64,000 nucleotides of DNA, from the NCBI GenBank assembly GCA_965199855.1, contig OZ241326.1, forward strand, positions 2,656,001 through 2,720,000, read 5' to 3'. A program made the translations under genes and the position numbers. This document shows positions 38,341-48,469 of the stretch, piece after piece; the stretch's first letter is position 1; every line of letters starts with the position of its first letter. This stretch comes from a bacterium. GTDB lineage: Bacteria; UBA8248. The notes below the pieces were generated by a model. It did no database searches, was not told where the DNA came from, and saw only the letters and a program-made list of their open reading frames with translations.

Positions 38341-39123
38341 ATGTCGGAGAGAGTCACCGTCGTGGAGGTCAGGGACAAAACCCTCTGGGTGGGGCTGAAC
38401 CGCCCCGAAACGCTCAACGCCATGAACTTCCAGATGATCAACGAGGTCATCGAGGCCTTCACCCGGCTGGACGAGGACCCCGACGTCGGCGTGGGCGTGC
38501 TCTACGGGCTGAACGGGAACTTCTCCTCCGGCGGCGACATGGACATGATGCTGGGGCTGAACTACCAGACGGGCCACGTGTGGAACAACAAGATGCGCCG
38601 CCTGTGCATGACGCTCAGGAACTCGGGCAAGCCCACCATCGCCATGGTGCGCGGCTGGTGCATCGGCGGGGGCAACGAGTGGCAGCTCTACTGCGACCTG
38701 TGCGTCGCCAGCGAGAACGCGACCTTCGGGCAGTCGGGGGCGCGCGTGGGCGCCCTGCCCGTGGTGGGCGCGACGCAGTATCTCCCCCTCCTCATGGGGG
38801 ATCGCCGCGCGCGCGAGATGCTCTTCATGGCGAAGCGCTACTCCGCGCGCGAGGCGAAGGAGGTCGGCCTCATCAACGAGGTCGCGCCGGACGCCGAGCT
38901 CGAGAAGACGACCGAGGAATGGTGCGCCACGATCAACTCGCACGCCCCGGCGACGCTTCGCTACATGAAGACGAACCTCAACTTCCTGGGCGACCTGCAC
39001 TACCCCTCCTGGATGCACGGCAGCGAGCTGCTGAACGCCGTGTGGAACAACGAGCAGTCCGTCGAGGGGATGAACGCCTTCAAGGAGAAGCGGCCGCCCG
39101 ACTTCAGCCGCTTCCCCCGCTAG
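38341..39123 (+). CDS. Crotonase-superfamily protein, MenB/BadI-like
   Basis: NRPETLNA, FSSGGD, GWCIGGGNE, FGQSGARVG, KEKRPPDF. Confidence 0.85.
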   Translation: MSERVTVVEVRDKTLWVGLNRPETLNAMNFQMINEVIEAFTRLDEDPDVGVGVLYGLNGNFSSGGDMDMMLGLNYQTGHVWNNKMRRLCMTLRNSGKPTIAMVRGWCIGGGNEWQLYCDLCVASENATFGQSGARVGALPVVGATQYLPLLMGDRRAREMLFMAKRYSAREAKEVGLINEVAPDAELEKTTEEWCATINSHAPATLRYMKTNLNFLGDLHYPSWMHGSELLNAVWNNEQSVEGMNAFKEKRPPDFSRFPR

Positions 39124-39139
39124 GAGCGGCGGGAGAGCC

Positions 39140-39370
39140 CGGGCGGGAAACCCCCGCCGTCATTCCGGCGAAGGCCGGAAGCCGGGGTTTTGTCTTTTGA
39201 CGAGGGACAGCCCCGCGGGGTTGTCCCTCGCCGGATTTCTCATCCCGCCGAGGTCCAAAAGTCCCGCAGGGGCGGTTCGGGAGCCGCCCGCATCGCATTA
39301 ACGGGAAAAACGCGGGACGCATATACGCGGCGAGGGCGGCGGTTTCGCAGGGGAAGCGCTAGAGCGTTTC
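39140..39370. repeat. REP-like cluster
   Basis: GTCATTCCGGCGAAGGCCGGAA; GGGACAGCCCCGCGGGGTTGTCCC; GGGCGGTTCGGGAGCCGCCC. Confidence 0.75.
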
Positions 39371-39411
39371 CATTCATGCGCCCCGCCCGCGGCGGGGTAT
39401 CGCCAGGAACC

Positions 39412-40074
39412 CTAGCGGGCGTAGCCCCGGCGGCGGTAGAGGCCGGGGGAGCCGGGCGCCTGGCGGTAGTAGCCGCGTACGCGCGCCGTCCATTCGGAGG
39501 CGTTCATGCGCCTCCACCCGGGCGTCTCGCGCACGGCCTCCTCCTCCATCTCGTAGAGAACGACCATGAGCCGCTCCCCCTCCACGGGGACGTAGCGGCG
39601 CACCCGCCGCACCCCCGGAACCTCGCCGCAGAGGGGGACGCGATCCCGCGCGTACCACCCGTTGAAGTCGGCGAGCCGCTCCTCGGGCGCGCGGATTCTG
39701 CCGAACTGGACGACGGGGGCGAGGCCCGCCGCGTCCACCGTCGGAAAGTCGGGCGGGGCGGCCGGAAGCCCCGGATAGATCTGGGCGCAGACGAGGCGGA
39801 CGCGCTCCTTCGGCGGGCGGGGCGGGCGCGCCCCGTCCGAATCCTCGAGCGCGGCGAACTCCGCCCCGTAGAAGACGTGAACGCTGTCCGCCTCCACGAG
39901 GTTCAGGAAGCGGGGGGCGCCGTCAACGGCCTCGTAGCCCGCTCCCCCGCGCGCGCCGGGGACCTCGAGCATCCGCGCGAGGCGCGTCCCGTCGAGCCAC
40001 GCGCGCGCCTCCTCCTCGGCGCCCTCCCCGAAGTCGAAGAGCTCCGCGAGCAGGCCCATGCCGTGGGTTCGCAT
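39412..40074 (-). CDS. Hypothetical dimeric alpha/beta-barrel (EthD/DUF4286-like) tandem-domain protein
   Basis: Two similar halves: AWLDGTRLARMLEVPG and FNGWYARDRVPLCGEVPGVRRVRRY. Confidence 0.6.
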   Translation of the reverse strand: MRTHGMGLLAELFDFGEGAEEEARAWLDGTRLARMLEVPGARGGAGYEAVDGAPRFLNLVEADSVHVFYGAEFAALEDSDGARPPRPPKERVRLVCAQIYPGLPAAPPDFPTVDAAGLAPVVQFGRIRAPEERLADFNGWYARDRVPLCGEVPGVRRVRRYVPVEGERLMVVLYEMEEEAVRETPGWRRMNASEWTARVRGYYRQAPGSPGLYRRRGYAR

Positions 40075-40113
40075 ACGCGCCTCATCCTTCGGGGCGGAAG
40101 GGGGGAAGCCGCG

Positions 40114-40410
40114 CTATTTCTTCTGGAGCGCCACCCGCATCGTCCCGCCGTATTGCGCGGCCACCAGATGACGGGGGCGGTATCCTTCCTTGCGAATCTC
40201 GATGGTGAAGGTATCCGCGTAGTGATCCTTGATCTTCTTCCAGGGAATGAGGACGGGAGATTCGCCGATCTTCTCGCGGCCGAGCTTCACCGTGGCGCCC
40301 GGCGGCTCCGTGATCACCTCCACCCCGCGCGGCACCATGTCGCCGCATCCGCCCAGGATGAAGAGAAGCGCGGCGAGAAGCGCCGCTCCCGCTCCGAGTG
40401 TCCCGCCCAT
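40114..40410 (-). CDS. PEGA-domain lipoprotein
   Basis: LGGC lipobox; TEPPGATV...IGESP...IEIRKEGY. Confidence 0.75.
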   Translation of the reverse strand: MGGTLGAGAALLAALLFILGGCGDMVPRGVEVITEPPGATVKLGREKIGESPVLIPWKKIKDHYADTFTIEIRKEGYRPRHLVAAQYGGTMRVALQKK

Positions 40411-40499
40411 CCTTCCTCTCTCCCTCGCGTCCGCCGGACGCCGCTCGCCAAAGAACGCGCGGGGCGGGCGGCCCGCTCCGGCCCTCCCCCGCTTCGCGC

Positions 40500-41040
40500 A
40501 TTATGAACCCGTCGCCCCGCGAAATCCACCCCGAAACCGACCGCGAGCCGCCCCTGCGAAACCTGAAGCCCGCGCGCCCCGGCGTCATCCGCGGCGTCAA
40601 TTCCGACAAGGCGGAGGGATTGTCCCGCCGGGGCGGAGGGATTGCGGAATCCGAGGGGGGAGTTATGGTCGTCATTGCGGCGAAGGCCGCAATCCGGGAT
40701 TTTGTTTTTTGATGAACGACAACCACGGGGGGTTGTCCTTCCCCGGGTTCCCGTCTCGCCAACGCGCGGACATTCCGTAGGGGTCGTTCGGGAACGACCC
40801 GCCGCCGCCGATGCGAACCCTTCCTGAATACGGGCGGTTCCCGAATTGTGGGGCGGGCCCGGGGAGGGGCCGCCCCTACGAAACCGTCGCCACCTGCCCG
40901 TAGGGGGCGCATATATGCGCCCCGTTTGCGGGCCGGCGACGGCGAAGGCCGGAATCCGGGGTTTTGATTGTCTTTCTTCAAAACGGGCGGTTCCCGAACC
41001 GCCCCTACGAATTCACAAACCCCGCATCCCCCCGAAGGCG
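40500..41040. repeat. REP/BIME-like mosaic
   Basis: Same GTAG and GTCATT units as at 16.2-16.8 kb and 45.1-45.5 kb, e.g. GGGCGGTTCCCGAATTGTGGGGCGG...GCCCCTAC. Confidence 0.85.
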
Positions 41041-41154
41041 AGCCGCGCTTGACCCCGCGCGCCTTCCTTCCATAAGATTCGGCTTTCAGATCAAGCTCGA
41101 AGCCTCAACGCATCCGCGTTGCTCCGCGCGGACGGGAGAAACCGGGACTCCGCA

Positions 41155-41298
41155 ATGGCGTTTGCGCCCACCTCGAAAACGCGGCATACTGTTGCCGCCT
41201 CACCGCCTCACCGCCTCACCGCCTCACCGCCTCACCGCCTCACCGCCTCACCGCCTCACCGCCTCACCGCCTCACCGCCTCACCGCCTCACCTTATGA
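41155..41298 (+). CDS. Leader ORF (47 aa) spanning the tandem repeat, ending in an ATGA overlap with the autotransporter
   Basis: ATG 41155 after GGGA; MAFAPTSKTRHTVAASPPHRLT...TL; TGA at 41296-41298. Confidence 0.5.
   Translation: MAFAPTSKTRHTVAASPPHRLTASPPHRLTASPPHRLTASPPHRLTL
41195..41292 (+). repeat. Simple sequence repeat (CCGCCTCA)12
   Basis: 12 perfect octamers at 41195-41290 plus CC, ending 2 nt before ATG 41295. Confidence 0.97.
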
Positions 41299-44200
41299 GG
41301 AACGCCCGGGCGTGGGGGGGCGGACGGCCGCTGCTCGTTCTCGCGCTTTTCCTGCTCGCTCTCTGCGCGGGCGAGGCGCGGGCGGCGGCGGTGTGCAGCA
41401 ACGCGCCGGGGGTCGGCGACAGAGTCGAGTGCGAGGTCGCCAGCGGCGTCACGCAGGATATCGACATCGACCTCGCGAACTCCGCCATCTCGACGACGGC
41501 GAACGTGGGCGTCTCCGCCTACCACCAAGGCGCGGGCGCCATCGACATCGAGATTCAGGGCGGATCCATCACGACGGCGGACGACAACTCCGAAGGCGTC
41601 CGGGCGCAGCATAGCGGCTCGGGCGGCATCTCCATCTCGACGCGGAATCTCGCCGTCAAGACGGGCAGTTCGACGAAAGGCCAGCACTCACCCGGCGTCA
41701 GCGGCTTTCATTTCGGGGCATCGGGCGGCGTCTCCATCGACGTTCAGGGCGGATCCATCACGACGACGGGAAGAACCGCCGCCGGCGTCACCGGCCGTCT
41801 TCGGGGCGCCGGCGATATGGGCATCACCCTCCGGGACGCCGCCATCGAAACGACGGGCTACCAGGGCTACGGCGTCTTCGGCACCTTCGATTCCAGGCGG
41901 ACGTCCGCCGGAAATCTTTCCATCAAGGCGCGGGGCGGCTCCATCATGACGACGGGCGATCAAGCCTTGGGTCTCTGGGGCAGTCATTTCGGCTCGGGGC
42001 GGGTCGGGCTCGACGCGGCGAACGTTCGCGTTACGACGGAGGGGATGTACGCCCACGGCGTCTATGGCTACCACCCGGGCGCGGGGGGCGTATCCATCAG
42101 TCTGAACGACGCGGATATCGAAACGACGGGCGCGACCGCCTACGGCGCCTATGGCCGGAACGAAGGCGCGGGGGGAATCGACATTGAGCTGAACGGCGCG
42201 CGGATCGAGACGGCGGGCGAGCGCGCCTACGGCGCCTTGGCCTGGATCCGGAACGCCGCGAGCGAGGCGGACGTCTCTATCGGCGCGGCGGGAGGCTCCG
42301 TCAGGACGGCGGGCGAGCGAGCCGCCGGCGTCTATGCCCGGAGCGACGGCCTGGGCGGGGTCTCCGTCAATCTGAACGACGCCGCCATCACGACGACGGG
42401 CGTGGACTCCTACGGCGTCTTCGCCTGGGCGACAAACGCCGCGAGCGAGACGGACGTCACCGTCGGCGCGGCGGGCGGCTCCGTCGCCGTGGAGGGACTG
42501 GGCGCGAGGGGTCTCTACGGATACCACCGGGGTCTCGGCTCCGTCTCGATGACGACGGACGCCGCCAACGTGATCGAGGCGCCGTTCGCCGTCGGAGTGG
42601 AGGCGCGCCTGACGAACGACGCGAACGCGGCGGGCCGCCTCCTCGTCACGAACGGGGGCGCGGTGGAGGCGCGCGACGTCGGCGTTCGCGCCCGGGCGGC
42701 GCGTTCGAGCGGCTCCACCTTCGGGGAGGGGACGCGGACGGCGGACGACGCGGCGCGAACCGGGCCGATGATTCACGTCGCGTCGAGCGGGGACGTCACC
42801 GTCGGCGAAAGCGTGACGGACGCCTTCATCCGGAACAAAATCGCGGGGGAGGACGGGACGCTCTCGACGGGCGAGCGCGCCGTCCTGGACGCCGTCACGG
42901 CGGGTGATTCAGACGCGCTGGATACGGCGCTCGCCGCCCTTCCCGCCGCCTACGACGACGACTGGAAGGCGGAGGCGCGGGAGCTTCTTCGCAAGCGCGG
43001 CCATGAGCCGACCTCCGCCGCCGCGCTGGCGATCCGGGCGGCCGGGGAGATTCTGGGTCTTTCTCTCGCGGGCGTCCGCGCCCTGGCGCTTTCCCACGCG
43101 GCGATCGCCGATTACGTCCGGGGCGGCGACCGGGACCCGGCGATTCTCGCCATCGCCGAGGCGAGCCGCGCGACCCGGCAGCAGGCGGCGCTGGCGGAGC
43201 AGGAGAAGCTCTCGGCCGCCGAGCGGGCGGTTCTGGCGGCGGCGCTGACGGGCGGCGATCTGGAGGGCGCCCTCGCCGCCCTTCCCGAGAGCTACGCGGA
43301 CGCCTGGAAGAACGACGTCCGCCGGCTCGCGGCGAGCTACAACGCGGGCGACATCCGCGTGGACGTGACCGGAGGCGCGATAGCCGCGGAGGGCAACGGC
43401 GTGGAGGCGCTCTACGCCGTTCCGCACGAGAGGAACGGGGGCATAGCGGTGCGCGTGGCCGAGGGCGCGAGCGTCTCGGGCGGCGCGAACGGGCTCTATC
43501 TTTCCGGCGCGGGCGCGGGCGCGGGGAATTTCTTGGCGCAGAGCGTCTCGATTGACGGGGAGGTGAGGGGCGGCGCCGGCGCGGGCGTCTATATGAAGGG
43601 CGGCGGCAGGCTGACCATCGGCGCGACGGGCCGCGTGGGCGCGACCTCCGGCGTGGGGGTTCTGGCGGATGGTCCCGGGGATTTCCACGCGACGGTGGCG
43701 GGGAGGGTGACAGGCGATATAAGAGGCGTGGGCGCGGGCGATCATGCGGTCACGGTCTCCCCCGGCGGCGAGGTGACGGGAACGATTCATCTGGCGGCGA
43801 GTACCGTGACGGTGGACGGGACGGTCGGCGCCGTTCGTCTGGACCGCGGCGGGATGGTGACGGTGGGGCGGAGCGGCGTCATCCGGGGCGCGGGAGGGAC
43901 GGCGATCCGCGCGGGAGGCGCGGCGCTCCGCGCCGATCTGAACCCGAGCGGCCGCCGGTTCCACAGCGTGGCGGGCGGCGGCGTCATCATCCACAACGCG
44001 GGCGGGAAGACGACGCTCCTCGTCAACGGGGTGAAGCTGCACGACGCGGAGACGGGCGAGACGGGCGCGCGGGCGCGCAACGGCCCTCGCGTCGTCTCCC
44101 TGCTCCCCGGGGCGGGCGACGACGGAATCTTCACGGCGGAGGAATTCATCGAGCGGGGCCTGTACCAGGGAATATACGAGGCGCTGCCGGGGCTTCTGCA

Positions 44201-45056
44201 CAGGATGGAGAGCGGCCGGACGCGGGAGGCGCGGATGACCGCCCCCGGCTCGCCCGTCTGGGTCCGGCTGTCGGCGGTGGAGGGCTCCCGCGGGGCGAAG
44301 GGCTCCACCTCCTCCGCCGAATACGACTTCGCCTCTTTCGGGGCGGAGGCGGGGCTGAACGTCTCCTTCCCCTGGACGAGCGGCCTCACGGGCTCGCTCT
44401 CCCTCCGGCATCAGAGGGGCGCGGCGGAAACCTCGCTGGCCGACGGCAAGGGGGAGATTGACTTGGCCGGCGTGGGCCTGGGCGCGGGCCTCTCCTGGCG
44501 AAGTGGAGACGGCTGGTATCTGCGCGGGGACTTCTCCGTCATGGACTACGCCGCCGACCTCGCCTCCCAAAAATGGGGCAAGCTCGAAAACAACGTAGGC
44601 GCGAGCGTTCGCGTTCTGGATATCGAGGCCGGCAGGCGCTTCACGCTGAATGAGAAAATCGCGCTTGCGCCCAGGGGCTGGCTCACGCGCTCGGAGATCT
44701 CGATGGGCGGCTTCGCGGACGCCTACGGGGAGCGCTTCCGGCTCGTCCGGGCGAATCGCCTGGCAGGGGGCTTCGGCGCGGTTGCGGAGACCACCCGTCC
44801 CTTGGCGGTCGGGGGAGGGACGCTCGCTTGGCGCGGCTCGGCGGACGTGGAGGAGATCCTGAGCGGAGAGAGGACGACGGTCGAGGTCTCCGGCGAGCGG
44901 CTCCACTCGCGCGCGGAGAAGACCCGCCTTCTGCTGGGGATGGGGGCGCGCTGGCGCAAGGGGCGCTTCACGATAGGCGGGGAAATCTCCTCCTCCGGTC
45001 TCGGCTCGAACGACAAGACCCTCGGCGCCCGCATCAGCCTGGGCGTGAGGTTCTAG
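41295..45056 (+). CDS. Autotransporter (type Va) adhesin-like protein
   Basis: Signal peptide, G/T-rich beta-helix repeats (ITTTG..AYGV), C-terminal beta-barrel ending ISLGVRF. Confidence 0.9.
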   Translation: MRNARAWGGGRPLLVLALFLLALCAGEARAAAVCSNAPGVGDRVECEVASGVTQDIDIDLANSAISTTANVGVSAYHQGAGAIDIEIQGGSITTADDNSEGVRAQHSGSGGISISTRNLAVKTGSSTKGQHSPGVSGFHFGASGGVSIDVQGGSITTTGRTAAGVTGRLRGAGDMGITLRDAAIETTGYQGYGVFGTFDSRRTSAGNLSIKARGGSIMTTGDQALGLWGSHFGSGRVGLDAANVRVTTEGMYAHGVYGYHPGAGGVSISLNDADIETTGATAYGAYGRNEGAGGIDIELNGARIETAGERAYGALAWIRNAASEADVSIGAAGGSVRTAGERAAGVYARSDGLGGVSVNLNDAAITTTGVDSYGVFAWATNAASETDVTVGAAGGSVAVEGLGARGLYGYHRGLGSVSMTTDAANVIEAPFAVGVEARLTNDANAAGRLLVTNGGAVEARDVGVRARAARSSGSTFGEGTRTADDAARTGPMIHVASSGDVTVGESVTDAFIRNKIAGEDGTLSTGERAVLDAVTAGDSDALDTALAALPAAYDDDWKAEARELLRKRGHEPTSAAALAIRAAGEILGLSLAGVRALALSHAAIADYVRGGDRDPAILAIAEASRATRQQAALAEQEKLSAAERAVLAAALTGGDLEGALAALPESYADAWKNDVRRLAASYNAGDIRVDVTGGAIAAEGNGVEALYAVPHERNGGIAVRVAEGASVSGGANGLYLSGAGAGAGNFLAQSVSIDGEVRGGAGAGVYMKGGGRLTIGATGRVGATSGVGVLADGPGDFHATVAGRVTGDIRGVGAGDHAVTVSPGGEVTGTIHLAASTVTVDGTVGAVRLDRGGMVTVGRSGVIRGAGGTAIRAGGAALRADLNPSGRRFHSVAGGGVIIHNAGGKTTLLVNGVKLHDAETGETGARARNGPRVVSLLPGAGDDGIFTAEEFIERGLYQGIYEALPGLLHRMESGRTREARMTAPGSPVWVRLSAVEGSRGAKGSTSSAEYDFASFGAEAGLNVSFPWTSGLTGSLSLRHQRGAAETSLADGKGEIDLAGVGLGAGLSWRSGDGWYLRGDFSVMDYAADLASQKWGKLENNVGASVRVLDIEAGRRFTLNEKIALAPRGWLTRSEISMGGFADAYGERFRLVRANRLAGGFGAVAETTRPLAVGGGTLAWRGSADVEEILSGERTTVEVSGERLHSRAEKTRLLLGMGARWRKGRFTIGGEISSSGLGSNDKTLGARISLGVRF

Positions 45057-45059
45057 GAT

Positions 45060-46215
45060 TCGCCCGACGGCGCATTCGCGTAGGGCGGATTGTAGGGACA
45101 ACCCCTGCGGTGTCCTTCGCGCATTTCGATTGCAGGGGTCGTTCGTGAACGACCCGCCCGCGCCGACCAAACGGACAATCGCCGGGTTGTCGGCCCATGC
45201 CGCCAAAACGGGCGGTTCACGAACCGCCCCTACGAAACCATGAAACCCGCATCGCCCGCCGTAGGGGGCATCCCCGGCCGTCATTCGCGGCGTCAATCCC
45301 GACAAGGCGGAGGGATTGCGGAATCCAGGGTTTTGATCGTTTTCCTTCAAAACGGGCGGCTCCCGAATTGTGGGGCGGCCCCGGGGAGGGGCCGCCCCTA
45401 CGGAACCGTTGCCGCCTCGCCCGTAGGGGGCGCATTCTTGCGCCCCGCCGCAGGGACAACCCCCTGTGGTTGTCCGCCCCGCGTCCTTCCGCCGTCATTC
45501 CGGCGAAGGCCGAAATCCGGGGTTTTGCTTATGACCGCCCCCGCCGGGACAATCCCTCCACCCCGTCGGAATTGATCTCGCATTTGCCCGCATTTGCGGT
45601 TATGGGGCCTTCCCTCGAACGCGCGAGAATCCGCCGGCGAGAGGGAGGAGGCGAACGCATGGACTTCGGGAAGCGGATGATGACGAAGGCGTGGGCGTGG
45701 GTCAGGGCGTTTGTCGCCCCGCGCCGTTCCCGCGTCGTCAATTCCGGCGAGGAGGAAGGATTGCGGAATCCGGGGGTTGTCGTCCAGCAACGGGCGGTTC
45801 CCGAACCGCCCCTACACGTTTTAGAGGCGGCGTTCGCGCGTCGTCCGCGCCATAATGAAAACAATCCCGTTTTCGACAAAATCCGACAAATTCACGCCTT
45901 TATCCCGCAAATTCACGCCTTTTTTCGACAAATTCAAGACCCTTCGGAGCGCGGAAAAAATATCAAGTCATTGAAAATAAAAGGATTGTGCGAAAAAGAG
46001 GCGCCGGGAGGGGGTATTTCGCAAGGCCGCGGCATCTGCCCGCATCTGCGCGCATCCGCGCCGCCCCGGCGGGAGCGTAGGGACAACCCCCTGTGGTTGC
46101 CCTTCGCCGCCTACGATGCGAACCCTTCCCCAAAACGGGCGGCTCGCGCCCCGCCCCTACGAAACCGTCGCCAGCACCGCCGTAGGGGGCGCATATATGC
46201 GCCCCGTTTGCGGGT
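45060..46215. repeat. REP mosaic containing copy 2 (inverted) of the ~750-bp composite element
   Basis: 45490-46212 is the approximate reverse complement of 15365-16160. Confidence 0.88.
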
Positions 46216-46275
46216 CGGCGAGGGCGCGGGCCGCTCCCCGGCGCGGGCGCGAGCGGACGGACGAATCCCCCCGGT

Positions 46276-47061
46276 TCAGGAGGCCGCGCCCTCGTCCTCC
46301 GGCGGCGCGCCGCCGCCCCTGCGCTCCTCCACGAAGGGGCGCAGCAGATCGAGCGGCAGGGGGAAGACGATGGTGGAGTTGTTCTCGGTGGCGACCTCCG
46401 AGAGGGTTTGCAGGAACCTGAGCTGAAGCGCGCCCGGAGCGGTGGCGATGGTGGCGGCGGCCTCGGAGAGGCGCGCGCTCGCCTGGAATTCGCCCTCCGC
46501 GTGAATGACCTTGGCGCGGCGCTCGCGCTCCGCCTCGGCCTGGCGGGCGATGGCGCGCTGCATCTCGCCGGGCAGATCGACGTGCTTGAGCTCCACGTTG
46601 GTGACCTTGATGCCCCAGGGGTCGGTGGCGTGGTCAAGAAGCTCCTGCAGCTGGCCGTTGATCTTCTCGCGCTCGGAGAGGAGGTCGTCCAGGTCCATCT
46701 GGCCCAGCACGCTCCGGAGGGTGGTCTGGCTCAGCTGGCCGGTGGCGTAGAGGAAGTCCTCCACCTCGATGACCGCCCGCTCGGGGTTCAGCACGCGGAA
46801 ATAGACCACCGCGTTCACCTTCACCGACACGTTGTCCTTCGTCACGATGTCCTGCGGCGGCACGTCCATCGTCACCAGGCGCAGCCCCACGCGAATCATG
46901 CGGTCGATCACCGGAAGCACGATGATGAGGCCCGGCCCCTTCGTGGCGCAGAAGCGGCCCAGCCGGAAGATGACGCCGCGCTCGTATTCGTTCAGGACGC
47001 GGATGGCGCTGACGAAGAACAGCAGGACGATGAGGACGCCGACGATCAAGCCCAGGTTCAT
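46276..47061 (-). CDS. SPFH/stomatin (slipin) protein
   Basis: [47 protein letters not shown]. Confidence 0.95.
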   Translation of the reverse strand: MNLGLIVGVLIVLLFFVSAIRVLNEYERGVIFRLGRFCATKGPGLIIVLPVIDRMIRVGLRLVTMDVPPQDIVTKDNVSVKVNAVVYFRVLNPERAVIEVEDFLYATGQLSQTTLRSVLGQMDLDDLLSEREKINGQLQELLDHATDPWGIKVTNVELKHVDLPGEMQRAIARQAEAERERRAKVIHAEGEFQASARLSEAAATIATAPGALQLRFLQTLSEVATENNSTIVFPLPLDLLRPFVEERRGGGAPPEDEGAAS

Positions 47062-48392
47062 TTCTCCCCCTCCTCTTTCTCGACGCGGAGCCTGAGGCCC
47101 TCCATCGCCACCACGCGGACCCGGTCGCCGACCCTCAGCCGCTCCCGGGAGTCGGCCAGCCACGTCTCGCCGCGCACCCGCACCCTGGCGGGCGCGCCGC
47201 GCCTGGAAGAAGCGCTCACGACGCCGGCCTGATCGAGCATTCCCTCGGCGCCCGAGACCGGCCTGGGCCGCTGGGCGCGGAAGCCCACCCCCACGATCCA
47301 GACGAAGAACATGGCCGTTCCCGCCACCGCTGGCAGGATGACCTTCAGGCTGATTTGCAGGTAGGGGTCGGGGGAGTCGATGAGCATGATCGAGCCGAGC
47401 GTCATGGCGATGACGCCGCCGATGGTGAGCCCTCCGTAGCTCACCACCTTGATCTCCAGGAGGAACATAACGACGGCGAGCCCCATGAGCAGAAGCCCGA
47501 CGTAGTTCACCGGCAGCACCTTCAGGGCGTAGAGCGCCAGGAGGAGGCTGATGGCGCCCACCACCCCCGGAAGGATGGAGCCGGGGTTCGAGAGCTCGAA
47601 GAACAGCCCGTACATGCCCAGGAGCATCAGGATGTAGGCGATGTTGGGGTCGCTCAGCAGGGTGAGCGCCTTCTGCCGCCAGCTCCTGCCGAGCGCGACC
47701 TGCTCCGCGTCCCCGGTCGCCAGGACGGCTTCGCCGCCGCCGGCGAGCCTGATCTTCCTGCCGTCAATCGCCAGGAGCAGGGACTTCACGTCCGCCGCCA
47801 CCAGGTCGATGACCTTCTGCCTGAGCGCCTCCGCCTCGTCCACGGAGATCGCCTCCCGAACCGCGCTCTCCGCCCATTCGGTGTTGCGCCCCGTGCGCGA
47901 GGCCACCGCCCGCGCGAAGGCGGCCACGTCGTTCATGGCCTTTTTGCGCATGTCCCCCTGAATCTGCTTTCCGCCGCCCGAGACGGGAGAGGCCGCGCCG
48001 ATGTTGGTGCCCGGCGCCATGGCGGCGACGTGGGCCGACATCGTGATGAAGGTGCCGGCGGAGGCGGCCCGCGCCCCGCCCGGAGCGACGTAGACGGCCA
48101 CCGGCACGCGGGAGCCGAAAATGGACTTCACGATGTCGCGCGTGCTGGTGACCAGCCCGCCGGGGGTGTCGAGGCGAATGACGAGAAGCTGCGCCCCCCT
48201 GCGGGCGGCCTCCTCGACTCCGAAGGCGATGTATTCGGCGGTGCCGGGCGAGATGGCGTCGGCCACGTCGAGGATCAGGACGGGCGGCGCCTTCCGCGCG
48301 TCGGCGGCGTGGTGAGCGGCCAGCGCCGCGCCCGCCGCCGCCAGAAAGCACCAAAGCGCCAGATGCGCCCTTCTCGGAAATTTCCTCGGCAT
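47058..48392 (-). CDS. nfeD: NfeD membrane-bound serine protease (long form)
   Basis: LDTPGG, RAASAG, GTNIGAA, TM block, C-terminal OB domain VRGETW. Confidence 0.93.
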   Translation of the reverse strand: MPRKFPRRAHLALWCFLAAAGAALAAHHAADARKAPPVLILDVADAISPGTAEYIAFGVEEAARRGAQLLVIRLDTPGGLVTSTRDIVKSIFGSRVPVAVYVAPGGARAASAGTFITMSAHVAAMAPGTNIGAASPVSGGGKQIQGDMRKKAMNDVAAFARAVASRTGRNTEWAESAVREAISVDEAEALRQKVIDLVAADVKSLLLAIDGRKIRLAGGGEAVLATGDAEQVALGRSWRQKALTLLSDPNIAYILMLLGMYGLFFELSNPGSILPGVVGAISLLLALYALKVLPVNYVGLLLMGLAVVMFLLEIKVVSYGGLTIGGVIAMTLGSIMLIDSPDPYLQISLKVILPAVAGTAMFFVWIVGVGFRAQRPRPVSGAEGMLDQAGVVSASSRRGAPARVRVRGETWLADSRERLRVGDRVRVVAMEGLRLRVEKEEGEK

Positions 48393-48469
48393 CTCATCCC
48401 CCGGAGCGGCGGCGTCGCCCCCATCTTACCACAAGGGCGAGCGCTTCACCGCCTCCCGCGCCGCGGCGG

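Noticed and set aside
40964-41614. 216-aa ORF containing PPHRLTAS repeats
   Set aside because: Begins inside REP sequence and is an alternative frame of the SSR; treated only as the out-of-frame outcome of the switch.
45197-46426. 409-aa ORF across the repeat region
   Set aside because: Mostly translated REP palindromes and overlaps the SPFH gene antisense; only the part from ATG 45659 is kept as a tentative mini-ORF.
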